IMG/VR virus record: IMGVR_UViG_3300010370_000041 | Coordinates: 1 to 58,007 of that record | DNA from: a virus | Taxonomy: Duplodnaviria > Caudoviricetes | DNA: 58,007 bases | Reading direction: 5' to 3' (one strand) | In this document: piece after piece, positions 26,600-39,300 of the stretch | How the letters are laid out: each line of letters begins with the position of its first letter | How positions within the stretch are numbered: the stretch's first letter is position 1 | Notes under the pieces: model-generated | The model's database searches: none | What the model saw: only the letters and a program-made list of their open reading frames with translations | What the model was told of the DNA's origin: nothing | Made by a program: the position numbers and the translations under genes

Positions 26600-29500
26600 T
26601 TGGCTGATGATGTAAGTGCTAATATTAATGTCAACTTTGACACCAGAGAAGCACTAAGAAGTTTACGCCAACTACAGGCTGGGTTAAGCAGATTTAATCA
26701 AGCGTTAACTCAGGGTAATGTCGCAGCAGCAAATGCACAAAAAGGATTAACAGATCAGTTAATACAAAGCATTAATGCTACTGGTAAGTTTGTTGCATCT
26801 CAAAAAGAAATATCCACAAGCACAAAGCAATTTACAGATGCTCTTGAAAAGAATAAGTTTTCTTTGCGAGAGTATTGGAGATATACTGCTGCTACCGCAA
26901 CACAAAACACAAAGGTATTTTCAAAAGCCTGGGCTGCAGAAAGAGAAATTATTACTCGTGCAGCAAAAGATCGTGTAAAACTTTTACAGTCTCAGTATAT
27001 ACAATTAAATAATGCTAATGGAGAATTTGTTAAGGTATTACAGGTTATTCCAAAACATCTAAGAACAGTAAATGGAGAAGTTACAGATTATGCCACACGA
27101 GTTCAACTAGCAGCACAAAGACAACAATTTTTAAATCAATTAATTAAACAAGGCTCTACACAATTGCTCAACTGGGGTAAAAATACTCAGTGGGCTGGCC
27201 GTCAGTTAATGGTTGGTTTAACAATTCCACTAGCAATGCTTGGGTCCACAGCGTCACGAGTATTTATGGATATGGAGCAGGCATTATTAAAGTTCCAAAG
27301 AGTTTATGGAGATACATTTACATCGACTGGTGATGTACAGCAAGCAGTAGAAGATATTCAGCGTCTTGCTAAAGAATTTACTAAGTATGGCATAGCAGTT
27401 GCAGATACCGTTGAAATGGCTTCTAATGCAGCAGCAATGGGTTTAACTGGCGAGGCTTTACAGGCTCAGGTTAGACAGGCTACAAGATTATCTGTTTTGG
27501 GACAGGTAGAACAGCAACAAGCGCTAGAGACAACAATATCATTGCAGAATGCTTTTGGAATTTCCACAGATCAATTAGCACAAAAAATTAATTTCCTTAA
27601 CGCAGTAGAAAACCAAACTGTTCTTTCAATTGAAGATTTAACAATTGCAATTCCAAAGGCTGGACCAGTTGTTAAACAACTAGGCGGTAGCGTAGAAGAC
27701 CTTGCATTCTTCATGACAGCAATGAAGGAAGGTGGAATTAATGCATCAGAAGGAGCCAATGCTCTCAAGTCTGGTCTTGCTTCAATCATTAATCCTACCA
27801 AGAAGACATCCGAAATGCTTGCAGAGTTTGGTATTAATATTAAGGGAATTGTAGAAGCAAATGCTGGAGATCTCAAAGGAACAGTTCTTGGTTTTGCACA
27901 AGCCTTAGATACCTTAGATCCGCTTAATCGTGCAAGAGCAATTGAGCAATTGTTTGGAAAGTTCCAGTTTGCTCGTTTATCAACCCTTTTCCAGAATGTC
28001 GCTAAAGACGGTACACAGGCTGCTAGAGCCTTTAACTTAGCGGGAGCCTCAGTAGAAGAGTTAGCAATTTTATCTGAGCGAGAATTAGGCAAGGTAGAGG
28101 ATGCGACAAGCACTAAGTTTAAGAAGGCCATAGAGCAGTTAAAGGTTGAATTAATCCCAGTAGGTAAAGCATTCCTTCAGGCCGTAACGCCAATCGTAGA
28201 GTTTATTGGAAATATATTAAAGAAATTTAATGGTTTGAGTGACGGAACTAAGAAAGTAGTCACTATCATAACTGCAACTTTAGGAGCGATAGCACCTGTA
28301 GCATTGATGACTATTGGTTTAGTGGCAAATGGTGTAGCAAACCTAATAAAGTTCTTTGGAATGCTAAGATCGGGTATGGCCAAGTTAAATGGTCAAAATC
28401 AAGTATTAGGTGGAGGATTTGATTATTTAACTCAACAAGAAATAGAAAATCTTGCAGAAACTAATGCACTACATACATCACATCAACAATTAATATCTAC
28501 ATTTAATGTTGAGGCTGCAGCAGCAAATGCACTAGCAGCAGCATATGCCAATGCTACATCTCAAGCAAGGGCGTTGGCTGCGTCAGCACCTGGATTATTT
28601 AACACAGTTCCAGGGGCAGGTGGAGCAGTATCAGGATTGCCAAATGCTACAAAATTTGCTGAGGGCGGAGTTGTTCCTGGAACTGGAAATAAAGATACTG
28701 TTCCAGCATTACTTACTCCAGGAGAAGTTGTTTTAACAAAAGATACAGTAAAAGAAAACCCAGAAATAGTTGCAGCACTTCAAAATGATTCTGTTAAGAA
28801 GTATTCAACTGGCACTGGAAGAATGAGAAATGTAACAACATCTCAAAGTGATTTTATATCAACAATATTAAAATCTGGAAATGTTCAGCCAAATGTTGAA
28901 GATCAAATTGCAAAACAGTTTGAACAAATTAATAATGCATCATCTGAAAAATTAATTGCATATGCAAAAGCAACTGGCAAAGCAGTTTCAGACGCATCAG
29001 AAGAATCGTTGGCTGCGCTAAGAGATTCTTTAATAGAGGATGTTAAGAAAGTAATTAAAGATGCAGCAGATGCAGCAGCAGAAAGTGGAAGAATATTAAC
29101 TGGCAATGCAGTAAGATCATCAGTTAAGGAAAAAGGTACTGCTGGAGCAGACTCTAGTTTGCATGAATTCTACAACCCAAGAGCCAAGCAACAATTCTCT
29201 TCACAATTTGGACATGCTGAAAAATCTTCAACATATAGTATTGATGCATTAGAAAGAGTTGCAAATATAACTGATCGTAAGGCAAAAGATGAAGCCAACT
29301 TTATTATTGATGCTATAACTAAGCATAATGCAAAAACTGGTGCAAATGTTGCAATGCCAAAGGTTACTCCAGTCAGTGGCTTCGGCTTTGATCTTTTGGG
29401 TACTATTAATAAGGGTATGAACGATAAGGCTGCTCAGGTTAAGATGCCTGGTGGTCAGATGATGGATACAATTGATGCCTTCATTAAAGACTTCTCAGAG

Positions 29501-32500
29501 CGTGGCCCAGAAAAATGGAGAAAGGCTGTTGAGATCGGTGGCGGTAGTTTTGAACAACTTTCTGCATCAATTAAAGAATATGATGACAAACTGTTATCGG
29601 CAGTACAGGATTGGAAAACACAAAATCCTGGAAAGATTTTCTCAGACGCTGATTTTGCTTCAATTGAGCAACAGGTTAGAGGAGATTTGCTAGATGTACA
29701 GAGCGGATTAGGTGCGGTATTTGAAGAGGCAAAAAGTGTAGTAACTGCTATTAGATTAAAACTAACGCAACAGCAAAAAGAAATATTAAATGCTGCTGGA
29801 GGTAGTTATGATGAAAGCAGATCTACATTCCAAATGGGTGGATCTGAGACAAGAAACAAGGCTGGTAAGGGAAGATTTATTTCTGACGAAGTTAGTGCAG
29901 ATTTAGATAGAGCAGAAGAGATTGCTGAAACAAATTCTCCATCAAAGAGAACAGAAAGACTTGGAAAAGATATTGGCGATGGCTTGGTATCTGGCTTAGA
30001 GCAAAAAGAAAGTGCTGTTAAGTCTCAAGCAGATCAACTAGCAGAAGCAGCAGTACCAAGAAGAAGTGCTGCAGAGACTGCCGAAAAAACCAGAAAGATG
30101 GATCTTACAAATAAAGCATTTTATGATGATATTAATACACCAGAAATGCGTGATCAAAGACAAATATTAAAGTCATTAGATAGACAGCGTAGAAAGAAGG
30201 GAGTAGGCAAAAGATCAGTTGGACCAATAGAAGATATGGTTAGTGGCTCTGGTACTGCTGGCGCATCTATTCGTATATCTACAAAGAAAACAACAAAGAG
30301 CACTAAGGTTTTGGCTGATAAGACAGAAGAGGCAGCCAACACACAAGAAGAAATTGCAGCAGTTCTTAAAGATGATAGAGATGTTAAAATTAAAATTAAA
30401 GGTAATACCATTAATGTTAATGAGGCAACTGCAGAAACTGCACAAGTACAAGAACAAGTCAAAGAGGCAACTCAAGAACAATTAGCATTAGCAGAGCAGG
30501 CTTCGGGCAAAAAAGCAAGTCAGGTTGCACAAAATGCTGAAGATCAGGCTGGTATAACATCAGCAACCACTGATGTAATGACAGATGTAAAAGATAATAT
30601 TACAACTACTGGAGATGTTGTTGAAGGAACTAAAGATAAACTAGTTGCACAAGAACAGATTATTGATGCAATTGGACAATCAGAAATAGAAAGACAGGCA
30701 ACTCTAACAGAGCGTCAAATTATTGAAGAACAAATTAATGATGCTAAACAACAAGAGTTAATGGCTGCTAGACAAAATGCTCAAAATGCTGCAAGTAATA
30801 TGCCTGCCGATGATACAAGGCTTTCTCAAGCAGATGCATTAGCAGAAGCAAGTGACTATGCACGAGATGAAAATGGTCACATCGTCATGGATCAAAATGG
30901 TCCTATGAGCAAAAAGAAATATACAAAGATGAAGCGTGGAATGCGAAGAGAAAAAGTTGGACGAATTTCTGGCAAGGTTTCTGGAGGACTAGGAATGGCC
31001 ACCGTCGCTGCTGGTATGATGGGTGCACCACCACAAGTTACCGCAGCCTTGGGTGCTGCTTCTATGGTTGCACAGTTTGCTCCAATGATTGCTGGAATGG
31101 GTCCAATAGGCCTTACAGTGACCGCTCTGGCTGCTTTAGGTGCAGGTGCATATATGCTCAACCAACACTTTAATAAGATGGCTGCAGAGGCTGCTAAGTT
31201 CGTAACTGCAACATCAGCAACAAGAGAAAGCATGAAGAAGATGGGCCAGATAACTGGTAAGGTTGGCGCATCAGAAATTATGGAACGCCGTAGGCAGAGT
31301 AGTCAATATAATAAATATAATGAATCTGTCAAGATAGACGATACATTTGGAAAGAAGTTCTTATCAGACAAATATGGTCAAGGTGAATTAGAAACATTTA
31401 GAAAAAATATGAAGCAGTTTAGTGCCGAAAAGGCAACATCCGACATGGCACTAAAATTGGCTGCACAGGTTTCCGACGGAGTATTAACATCAGCACAGGC
31501 AGAAAGCATTGCACATGCAATGGCATTAGAACTAGGAAATCAAAGTCTTGAAATGCAAATTGCTGGCAAGGTTAGAACTTTAGTTGGACCAAATGGAGAA
31601 AAATTAGAAAAAGAACCAATGAATGTAAGAATGAATCTTGTAGCAAATGCTAGAGGAAGAAGTGAAAAGATAAGAGCAAATATTAAGACTGGTAACTATG
31701 ATCAAAATCAAAGAAAAGACATAGCAAGTCTTGCATCATACTCAATGAATACGCTTGAACTTGCACAAATGCAAGCAGATGCAGTCGCTTTGGAGCATGA
31801 CGAAGCAAAGAAAAAGTTAGAAACAGAAATAGCATCTACCACTAATCTTGAAAAGAAGGTAGCATTACAAACAGAATTAAAAACATTAACTACAACTCAG
31901 GCACAAGAAACAGCAAAGATGAATAATTTGCTTTTAATGCAAATATATCAGGCTGAACAAGACTTTAGGGCAGTACAAAGTAATAGTGTTTGGGGCGGTC
32001 AAGCAATGCGTGAAGATGCATTTATGGATGCCTCTAGAACTAACGTAACCGAAGCATATAAAGGAACACAGTATGAAGGGGCTGCTAAAAAGTTTTTATC
32101 AAATACAAAGGGATTAGGAACTACACAATATAACGAAAAAACTGGTCAATATCAATCTACAGGATTTAAGACTGGGGCTGATGCAGAAACATTCCAGGCT
32201 AAAATGCAGATGCTTGTTGGCAGCAAGGTTTTAAATCCAGAAGAAGCAAACGCATGGATGAAATTATTTAAGGGAGAATTAAACCAGTTAGACTTCTTGA
32301 TTAATGCTGGTATTAAACTACAAGGTGCTGGCAAGACAAAAGAACTATTTAACCTATTTAGTGATTTTAAAAGCAAGAAATTAGCAAAAGGTATTATTGC
32401 TGATCTTATATTAAGAAAGAAAAATCCAGAAGACTTTGACGCCTCGATGGAAGCGCTAAGAAATCTAAAGTCAATGGACGGATTAAGTATTGATATGGAA

Positions 32501-35500
32501 GTTGTATTAAAATCTGTTGGCTTAGAAGCAATTCAAAAGCAAATGGAAAATATAGAAACATTTAAAAAGACATTAGCAAAAGATGAAAAATATGCAGATG
32601 AAAAGGGTGGAACTGCGGGACTAGATCGTTTAGCGAAAGAAAATCCACAACTACAGGGTGCAGTTGAAGCATTAAAAGCAAATCAAAAAAGAATGGATGA
32701 GTTTAGAAAACTAGACCAGGAATCTCAGACCGAATATCTACAAAAACTTTCTGCTGGTGTAGTATATGAAGCAAATATTAAACAAGAGCAACTAGACGCC
32801 GACGCAGCAACATGGGCAAATATACAACTAGCAATGGACGAAAAGTATCAAAATCTTATAATTGGTAGTGAAAAATGGGAAGAAGCAAGACAAAAATTAA
32901 TGGCAGAATATGCCACCAAAGAAGGAGTTGGAGATGCAAATGCTAGGGCGGTAGAAAAATTAGATCCAGTAGTTGTAAGTAGTATAACTCCTAAGACTGG
33001 TGGCAATACACCACTTGATAATGGTAAGGGAACTAATCCTCTAGATTTCTTAGATGACTTAGCACAAAGATTAAAGAATGTAAGAGATGGTGCGTTCAAC
33101 GCAATGACACCATTAAAGTCTATCTTGGCATTATTTAATAGTAAGAAGGCTAAAAAAGATGTTGCTAATATGGTTACTCTATTTGATGGTTTGCAACATA
33201 GACTACTTAAACTTAAAGTTCCTGCAGAATTTAGAGATTATATTGCTAGTTTATCAAACGAAGATTTTAAGGCTTTAGCAAACCTTAAGGGCGATAAGCA
33301 ACTATTTAAGTTTGCAAAAGATCCTAAAACTGGAAAAGAATTACCAAGAACAAAAGCAAATATTAGAGGACTAACTCGTACTGGTGAAGCAGTAATGCAA
33401 ACCTACAGAGAGGTTCAATTAGGCGATGTTAATGTTGCACAAAAGGCAAAGATTTTAGAAATTCAAGACCAGCAAAAAGCATTTGATATGTTAGTCGCTA
33501 GTGGTATGAGTGCAGAAAATGCATTAGATCAAGTTCAAGATACTGCTATGGCTTCTGCAATTGCAATGGGAGCAGCAGGCAAGGCTGGCTCTAAGGAAAT
33601 GAATCAGTTTGTAAAGGATATTAATTCTGCAACTGAAGCATCAAAGCGTTACGAAGTTATTTCAAATGTAATTAGAAAGAATGAAGAATTTAGAGCACAA
33701 CAATCTATTCCAATGCTTGTATCTTCAATGAAGGCTCTCGGATATTCCACAGAACAAATCGATGAAGTCTTGTCGGATCCAGACTTAGCAAAACAATTAA
33801 ATGAAGATCTTAAAGATGGAAAAATTGATGCACAGGCAATTGCAGATTACATTAACTCTATTCCAGCAAAAAAGATTATTGAAATTCAAACAAATATGAA
33901 TAAGGGCGACTACGCAGCAGCAGCACAAGAAGGTATGGACTATGTAGATAGATTATTCCAGGTTCAAGAAAACTTAATCAGAACTGGTGCTGATTCAAGA
34001 AGTACTAAATTAGTTGATGATTTTAAGGCAAACGAAAGAGCGATTAAAGATAAAAACAAGCAGGCAGAAGGATTGCGTAGACAAATTGAAGGAATTCAAA
34101 AAGAAATAACAAAAATACAAAGAGATATAGATGAAACATTTAACAAGCCAATTGAAAAGATGCAAAAGCAAATTGATGTTAATCAAAGAGCGCTTGAAGT
34201 TGGTGGAGCATATAAGATTCAGGGTAAAGAAATGGTTCTTCCATATAAGTTATCTGGAAGATACATGGAAGAACTTAACCAAGAAAATAGTAAATTATCT
34301 AATGATTTAACTATTATTGGACATAAGTCAGAAGAAATAAATAAAAAGTATGATGATCAGGCTGAAGCATTAAGAAAAGTTAAAGAAGTTAATGATCAAA
34401 TCATTCAACAACAAAAAGATCAACTTGATTTAGCAGATGCGATCACTAGTGGAGATATTTCTGCTGCTGCTCGTGCTGCCCAGCAATCCCGTGCCAATAT
34501 GGCTGCAACATATGCTGACCAACAAATGGCTGCACTAGATCAGGCAAGACAAAATGAATTAGGTGGTTTGACAAATGATCAGGGCATGACTCAGGAACAA
34601 ATTCAAGAAAGACAGTATCAGATAGGACAAGAACTATACAGAATTGAAACTAGCCCAGAACGAATGGCAATCAAGACTGAACAGGTAAGACTTGAAGACG
34701 AAATTTATAAATTAGAGCAACTTCGTGAAATTAAGTTAAAAGAAATTGAAGTAAAAGAAAAAGAAATATATGATATTCAGGTTAATAAACTTGAACCATT
34801 AGAAGAAGAAATAAGAATATTAGAAGATGCAAATGCTGAAATACAGGACCAAATTGATAAACTTGTTGAACAAATTAAAGTTCAGGGAATGTCAAAGGAT
34901 GAGTGGGAAAGAATTAAGGCAAAGATAGAGGCCTCAGATCTTGCTGCCAAAAATATGGATGTTGCTTTAGCAGGACTACTTGCTGCTTCACAAGCAATTA
35001 GCAAAGAGTGGGATGCTATTCTTGCTAAGTTAAGAAGTTATTCAACAGTTTCTGCTAATGTCACAGCACAGGCAAATACATTTACTCAAACTGCAGCATC
35101 AAATGCTACTCAGAATCCAGTTACAGTTGCTCAAACTCAAGCCGAAAAAGATGCAGCCATGAAGGCTGAAATAGATAAATTAAGTAAAGAAGCAAAAGCA
35201 GCAAGTGGAAGAAATTATACAACAGATGCAGAAATGGATCGTATATTAAGTATAGTAGGTTCTCCATACGCTCCAAAAAATGATTCTGCTGCTTCCGCTC
35301 AAATGGATATAGATGAAAAAGCAAAAATTGCTAATATGAGGGCTGCACAGACACCCGTTCTTACTCCAGCAACAACTGTCATAGCAAATAGAAGACAGCA
35401 GTTTGGATATATTTCTAGCGGTGGATTAGTTCCTAAATATTTTGCTAGGGGTGGCTTTGCTAAGGGCACTGATACAGTACCTGCGATGTTAACTCCAGGA

Positions 35501-35710
35501 GAATTTGTTATGAGTAGATATGCAGTAGACTCGTATGGCGTTAATACAATGAAGGCTATAAATGGCGGTACAGCAATAGGCGACTCAGTGTATAATTATA
35601 GTATAAACGTTAATGTAAAGTCTGACGCTAATCCAGATGAGATTGCTCAGGCAGTAATGACAAATATACAGAGAGTTAATTCTCAGCAACTAAGGAGTGT
35701 TAGGTTATAA
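26600..35710 (+). CDS. Tape measure protein (TP901-family core), 3036 aa
   Basis: TP901-like core (LNAVENQT, GINASEGANALKSGL, AIEQLFGK), long coiled coils, two DTVPAxLTPGE motifs; TTG start. Confidence 0.92.
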   Translation: MADDVSANINVNFDTREALRSLRQLQAGLSRFNQALTQGNVAAANAQKGLTDQLIQSINATGKFVASQKEISTSTKQFTDALEKNKFSLREYWRYTAATATQNTKVFSKAWAAEREIITRAAKDRVKLLQSQYIQLNNANGEFVKVLQVIPKHLRTVNGEVTDYATRVQLAAQRQQFLNQLIKQGSTQLLNWGKNTQWAGRQLMVGLTIPLAMLGSTASRVFMDMEQALLKFQRVYGDTFTSTGDVQQAVEDIQRLAKEFTKYGIAVADTVEMASNAAAMGLTGEALQAQVRQATRLSVLGQVEQQQALETTISLQNAFGISTDQLAQKINFLNAVENQTVLSIEDLTIAIPKAGPVVKQLGGSVEDLAFFMTAMKEGGINASEGANALKSGLASIINPTKKTSEMLAEFGINIKGIVEANAGDLKGTVLGFAQALDTLDPLNRARAIEQLFGKFQFARLSTLFQNVAKDGTQAARAFNLAGASVEELAILSERELGKVEDATSTKFKKAIEQLKVELIPVGKAFLQAVTPIVEFIGNILKKFNGLSDGTKKVVTIITATLGAIAPVALMTIGLVANGVANLIKFFGMLRSGMAKLNGQNQVLGGGFDYLTQQEIENLAETNALHTSHQQLISTFNVEAAAANALAAAYANATSQARALAASAPGLFNTVPGAGGAVSGLPNATKFAEGGVVPGTGNKDTVPALLTPGEVVLTKDTVKENPEIVAALQNDSVKKYSTGTGRMRNVTTSQSDFISTILKSGNVQPNVEDQIAKQFEQINNASSEKLIAYAKATGKAVSDASEESLAALRDSLIEDVKKVIKDAADAAAESGRILTGNAVRSSVKEKGTAGADSSLHEFYNPRAKQQFSSQFGHAEKSSTYSIDALERVANITDRKAKDEANFIIDAITKHNAKTGANVAMPKVTPVSGFGFDLLGTINKGMNDKAAQVKMPGGQMMDTIDAFIKDFSERGPEKWRKAVEIGGGSFEQLSASIKEYDDKLLSAVQDWKTQNPGKIFSDADFASIEQQVRGDLLDVQSGLGAVFEEAKSVVTAIRLKLTQQQKEILNAAGGSYDESRSTFQMGGSETRNKAGKGRFISDEVSADLDRAEEIAETNSPSKRTERLGKDIGDGLVSGLEQKESAVKSQADQLAEAAVPRRSAAETAEKTRKMDLTNKAFYDDINTPEMRDQRQILKSLDRQRRKKGVGKRSVGPIEDMVSGSGTAGASIRISTKKTTKSTKVLADKTEEAANTQEEIAAVLKDDRDVKIKIKGNTINVNEATAETAQVQEQVKEATQEQLALAEQASGKKASQVAQNAEDQAGITSATTDVMTDVKDNITTTGDVVEGTKDKLVAQEQIIDAIGQSEIERQATLTERQIIEEQINDAKQQELMAARQNAQNAASNMPADDTRLSQADALAEASDYARDENGHIVMDQNGPMSKKKYTKMKRGMRREKVGRISGKVSGGLGMATVAAGMMGAPPQVTAALGAASMVAQFAPMIAGMGPIGLTVTALAALGAGAYMLNQHFNKMAAEAAKFVTATSATRESMKKMGQITGKVGASEIMERRRQSSQYNKYNESVKIDDTFGKKFLSDKYGQGELETFRKNMKQFSAEKATSDMALKLAAQVSDGVLTSAQAESIAHAMALELGNQSLEMQIAGKVRTLVGPNGEKLEKEPMNVRMNLVANARGRSEKIRANIKTGNYDQNQRKDIASLASYSMNTLELAQMQADAVALEHDEAKKKLETEIASTTNLEKKVALQTELKTLTTTQAQETAKMNNLLLMQIYQAEQDFRAVQSNSVWGGQAMREDAFMDASRTNVTEAYKGTQYEGAAKKFLSNTKGLGTTQYNEKTGQYQSTGFKTGADAETFQAKMQMLVGSKVLNPEEANAWMKLFKGELNQLDFLINAGIKLQGAGKTKELFNLFSDFKSKKLAKGIIADLILRKKNPEDFDASMEALRNLKSMDGLSIDMEVVLKSVGLEAIQKQMENIETFKKTLAKDEKYADEKGGTAGLDRLAKENPQLQGAVEALKANQKRMDEFRKLDQESQTEYLQKLSAGVVYEANIKQEQLDADAATWANIQLAMDEKYQNLIIGSEKWEEARQKLMAEYATKEGVGDANARAVEKLDPVVVSSITPKTGGNTPLDNGKGTNPLDFLDDLAQRLKNVRDGAFNAMTPLKSILALFNSKKAKKDVANMVTLFDGLQHRLLKLKVPAEFRDYIASLSNEDFKALANLKGDKQLFKFAKDPKTGKELPRTKANIRGLTRTGEAVMQTYREVQLGDVNVAQKAKILEIQDQQKAFDMLVASGMSAENALDQVQDTAMASAIAMGAAGKAGSKEMNQFVKDINSATEASKRYEVISNVIRKNEEFRAQQSIPMLVSSMKALGYSTEQIDEVLSDPDLAKQLNEDLKDGKIDAQAIADYINSIPAKKIIEIQTNMNKGDYAAAAQEGMDYVDRLFQVQENLIRTGADSRSTKLVDDFKANERAIKDKNKQAEGLRRQIEGIQKEITKIQRDIDETFNKPIEKMQKQIDVNQRALEVGGAYKIQGKEMVLPYKLSGRYMEELNQENSKLSNDLTIIGHKSEEINKKYDDQAEALRKVKEVNDQIIQQQKDQLDLADAITSGDISAAARAAQQSRANMAATYADQQMAALDQARQNELGGLTNDQGMTQEQIQERQYQIGQELYRIETSPERMAIKTEQVRLEDEIYKLEQLREIKLKEIEVKEKEIYDIQVNKLEPLEEEIRILEDANAEIQDQIDKLVEQIKVQGMSKDEWERIKAKIEASDLAAKNMDVALAGLLAASQAISKEWDAILAKLRSYSTVSANVTAQANTFTQTAASNATQNPVTVAQTQAEKDAAMKAEIDKLSKEAKAASGRNYTTDAEMDRILSIVGSPYAPKNDSAASAQMDIDEKAKIANMRAAQTPVLTPATTVIANRRQQFGYISSGGLVPKYFARGGFAKGTDTVPAMLTPGEFVMSRYAVDSYGVNTMKAINGGTAIGDSVYNYSINVNVKSDANPDEIAQAVMTNIQRVNSQQLRSVRL

Positions 35711-36330
35711 TGGCTACTAGCGCATATATGACAGGTCGTCAAAAATATAGTAGACCACAAGCCATGCTTTGGTCTGACAATTCTGGAAAGTTAGAAAATG
35801 GTTTGTATGTTCCAAACGGGCTTGAAATAGGTTCTAACCCAGGAACAGAGACTGATCCAAATAATCTAGATCAATTTTTAATATTATCAGACCACAACAG
35901 ATCTGCTATTGATTTCAATACCACTAGAATTGAAAAACGAGAAAGAATGATTAATGGTAGAATGAGATCTTACCATGTAGCCGATAAATTATCTATTAGT
36001 TTTAGTTATCAAAATCTACCATCTAGAGGATTTTGGCTTAATCCAGATTTTGATTCTCAAGGAAAAAGCGATAAGTTAAATCATACCGCAGATGGTGGTG
36101 CTGGCGGTGTTGAATTACTAGATTGGTATGAAAATCATAAGGGATCTTTTTGGTGTTATTTAGCATATGATAAATATTCTGTATTTGGAAAAGACGATGC
36201 TGCGTATGGACACTTACCACAATATAATCAATTAGTAGAAGTATTCTTTTCTAACTTTACATATAAAGTAAATAAAAGAGGACCAAATCTTGACCTATGG
36301 GATTTCTCTATTAGTTTGGAAGAGGCATAA
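35710..36330 (+). CDS. Putative distal tail protein
   Basis: Directly after TMP; RERMINGRMRSY and WDFSISLEE. Confidence 0.55.
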   Translation: MATSAYMTGRQKYSRPQAMLWSDNSGKLENGLYVPNGLEIGSNPGTETDPNNLDQFLILSDHNRSAIDFNTTRIEKRERMINGRMRSYHVADKLSISFSYQNLPSRGFWLNPDFDSQGKSDKLNHTADGGAGGVELLDWYENHKGSFWCYLAYDKYSVFGKDDAAYGHLPQYNQLVEVFFSNFTYKVNKRGPNLDLWDFSISLEEA

Positions 36331-39300
36331 TGTGGCAAAGTGAAGAACTTAAAAAGCACATAGAAAACTCATCTGTTGTTAAAACACAGAGTGCCGTTAT
36401 TGCTGAGTGGAACTTAAATTCACCAACAAATATTTTTAAAATTGGTAACTATAGGTATAGGCCAACAGTAGCAGATTCATTATATAAAACCATACCGTCT
36501 AACTTTGATCCTTTAGAAAATACAGATACACCAGTTAAATTTTACTACGGTGCTACAGATGCAGATGTTGTAATAGATGGTGGTATAGACCCAGAAGATA
36601 ATAATACGCCTTTAACCTTAAAACCAAAAAAGGAAAGCATAAGGATGTTATATTCTTTAGAAGATTGCTTTAAAACTTTTAGGCCACGATCTGGAATAAA
36701 TAAGGCTAGGTTTTTACCAGGCCAGTACTTGCATCACCCAAACATTAATATGTCTAATAGACCAAGATACTATATGCCAGATCCTAAAGATGTGTTTAAA
36801 TACTGGACATCTTTTAGAACAGAGAACGGTATTGAATATGGAATATCTACCCTAAAAAATGGAGAATATTCTATAGAGGATACTGCCCCATTTGTTGTTT
36901 ATAAAGAAGAAATCTCTGCTAATAGGGTAGTTATAAAAATGCAAACACATGTAGGAACTAAAGATTTGGGCACATTTACTTCTGCTTCTGAATCAATCTC
37001 AGACCCTTTTTACGGCAATGATAAAAAATCTACCCCAGTAAGATGGAAGGTTCAGGCATTAAAAAATAACTCGTGGACTGATTTAACTTCATTTACGCAG
37101 TCTTCTACAAGGTCAGACGGAACTCCTATTATCAAGGAAGATGGGTATGTAGAATTATCTTATGGCCTAATAGTTCCAAAGCAATACAGGGATATTTTTG
37201 TTTATGCAGAACAGTATTCATCTGATTCATTTTTACCAGAAAAATCAGTAAATGGTTATGCATATTTTATTGCCGAAAACGAAAACGATATAGGTCAATT
37301 CCATATTTGGCTTGATGAAATAAATGATTATAGAGTTTTTACCCCACAGTACGGATGGTACTTAGAAGAGTCAGAGGTTGATAGATTAACTAACTTTGTG
37401 ACAGATATGACTAATCCTAATAAATATAAAAATGTAAATGGTTTAGATGTTTATAGAGAGTTTGATAAATTTAAGGGTATTAGATTAGTTATTGATACAA
37501 TGAATAAGGCAAATTGTACATTTGATCTAATTGAAATTTCACCAAGGCTAGTAGCAAATATAACTGATAAGGTGCAAAATTTTTCTGTTAGGAAAAGTGC
37601 ATCAGACCTTGGAGTAAGCGGTATGCCAGTTGGACAACTTTTGGCTTCTACTGGGTCTCTTTCTATCTTTGATTATGATGATGCCTTTAATCCAAATAAC
37701 CCTAATAGTATTATTCAAAATTATATTAATAGGCATATTCAAATAAAGTTTTATGACATAGTATTTAATGTAGACGGTTGGGATTATTATGTACCTATTA
37801 AGACATTATATTCTGATGGATTTCCAAAAAAAGAAAATGCATCACAAACTGTTTCCTTAGAGTTAAGAGATTTATTTTTTTATTTTGAAAACTTAACTGC
37901 GCCACAGACATTAATGACAAGCGTATCAATTAGTTCTGCTGTAGCAATGCTACTCGACTCTATTGGGTTTTCTAATTATACTTTTAAGAGAATAGATGGA
38001 GAAACAGAAATGATTATTCCATTTTTCCATATAGAACCAGACAGCAGCGTGGCAGAGATTTTAAGAAACCTTGCAATTTCATCACAGACCGCTATGTTCT
38101 TTGATGAGTACAATAACTTTGTAATGATGAGTAAAGATTATATTATGCCTACCATAGAGCAAAGACCAACAGACCTAGTGCTTTCTGGAAATGATCCTAA
38201 GAATGCTAATGATATTTTGCCAAATATTATGGAAATAGCATCTGAAGATAATCAGGTTTATAATGATGGAAGAATTAATTATCCCGAAAGATATATTCAA
38301 AGATCAGTCGGTAGTATTAAGCAAGCAAGTTTAATTGACATGGATAGAAATTGGATATACAAGCCAGTGCTTCTTTGGGAAGTTTCTGGAACCCAGAATA
38401 CAAAATCAGTTAATAATGAAAGCGGGAATCAATCCACTTACGTACTAAGTGCAATTCCTCTTAACTCTAATTTATCTGATAAAGTTCCTAGCGTTGTCAA
38501 TAGACAGATTGTAGATAATGTTATGGATCTTGGAGAAGGAATTTATTGGATTGCTAGATATAATGGATACTTTTATTCAAATGGAGAAATTATAAAGTAT
38601 GATGCAGTAGAATATAATATTTCTGGAGTTGGAAATGTTTGGGTTAGTAGCACGAGAGAATACGAATATTATTTTTCACAATTACCATTTAATGGAAAAA
38701 TGTATCCTACAGGGCTTGTGAGAATATACTGTGAGTCAAATTATGAAGAAGTTAATGGATTTTTAAAATTAAAAAATGGTGCAGTTGCAAAGCATGGTCG
38801 TGGTCAATTTGGAACAGCAATTACATCGCATAATGCTGGACTAGACCCATATTGGAGAAGTGATGCTAATGTTCGTGGTTGCACAATGGAATCAAAGTAT
38901 TTATTTGAAAATAACTTAACGCTTCCAGCAACTACTACAGGTCCTGCAGGTATTAATAATGACCTGGCCAAAAAGACAACACGAAATGGTGTTATTAGAA
39001 ACTTTATGGCTGCTACATATAATTCTGAATCAGATGTAAATAACTTCGCAGAAACAAAACCTGGAACAATTCAGTCTTCTGCTTTAGTTATGCAGGGGCC
39101 ATCAATTCCAGTAACATTAAATAAAAGAGATTTTATTTCTTATATTTATAAACCATTAAGTAACAAGTTTAAGCATTTTGGCACAAGAATGAGAATTATA
39201 GGAAAGATTGAAAAAAATGCCAATAGATCACAGACAGCAAATGGCAGTACAAACTATATTGTTATTCCAGGACTAACTCCAGATAAAGATATTGCTATCT

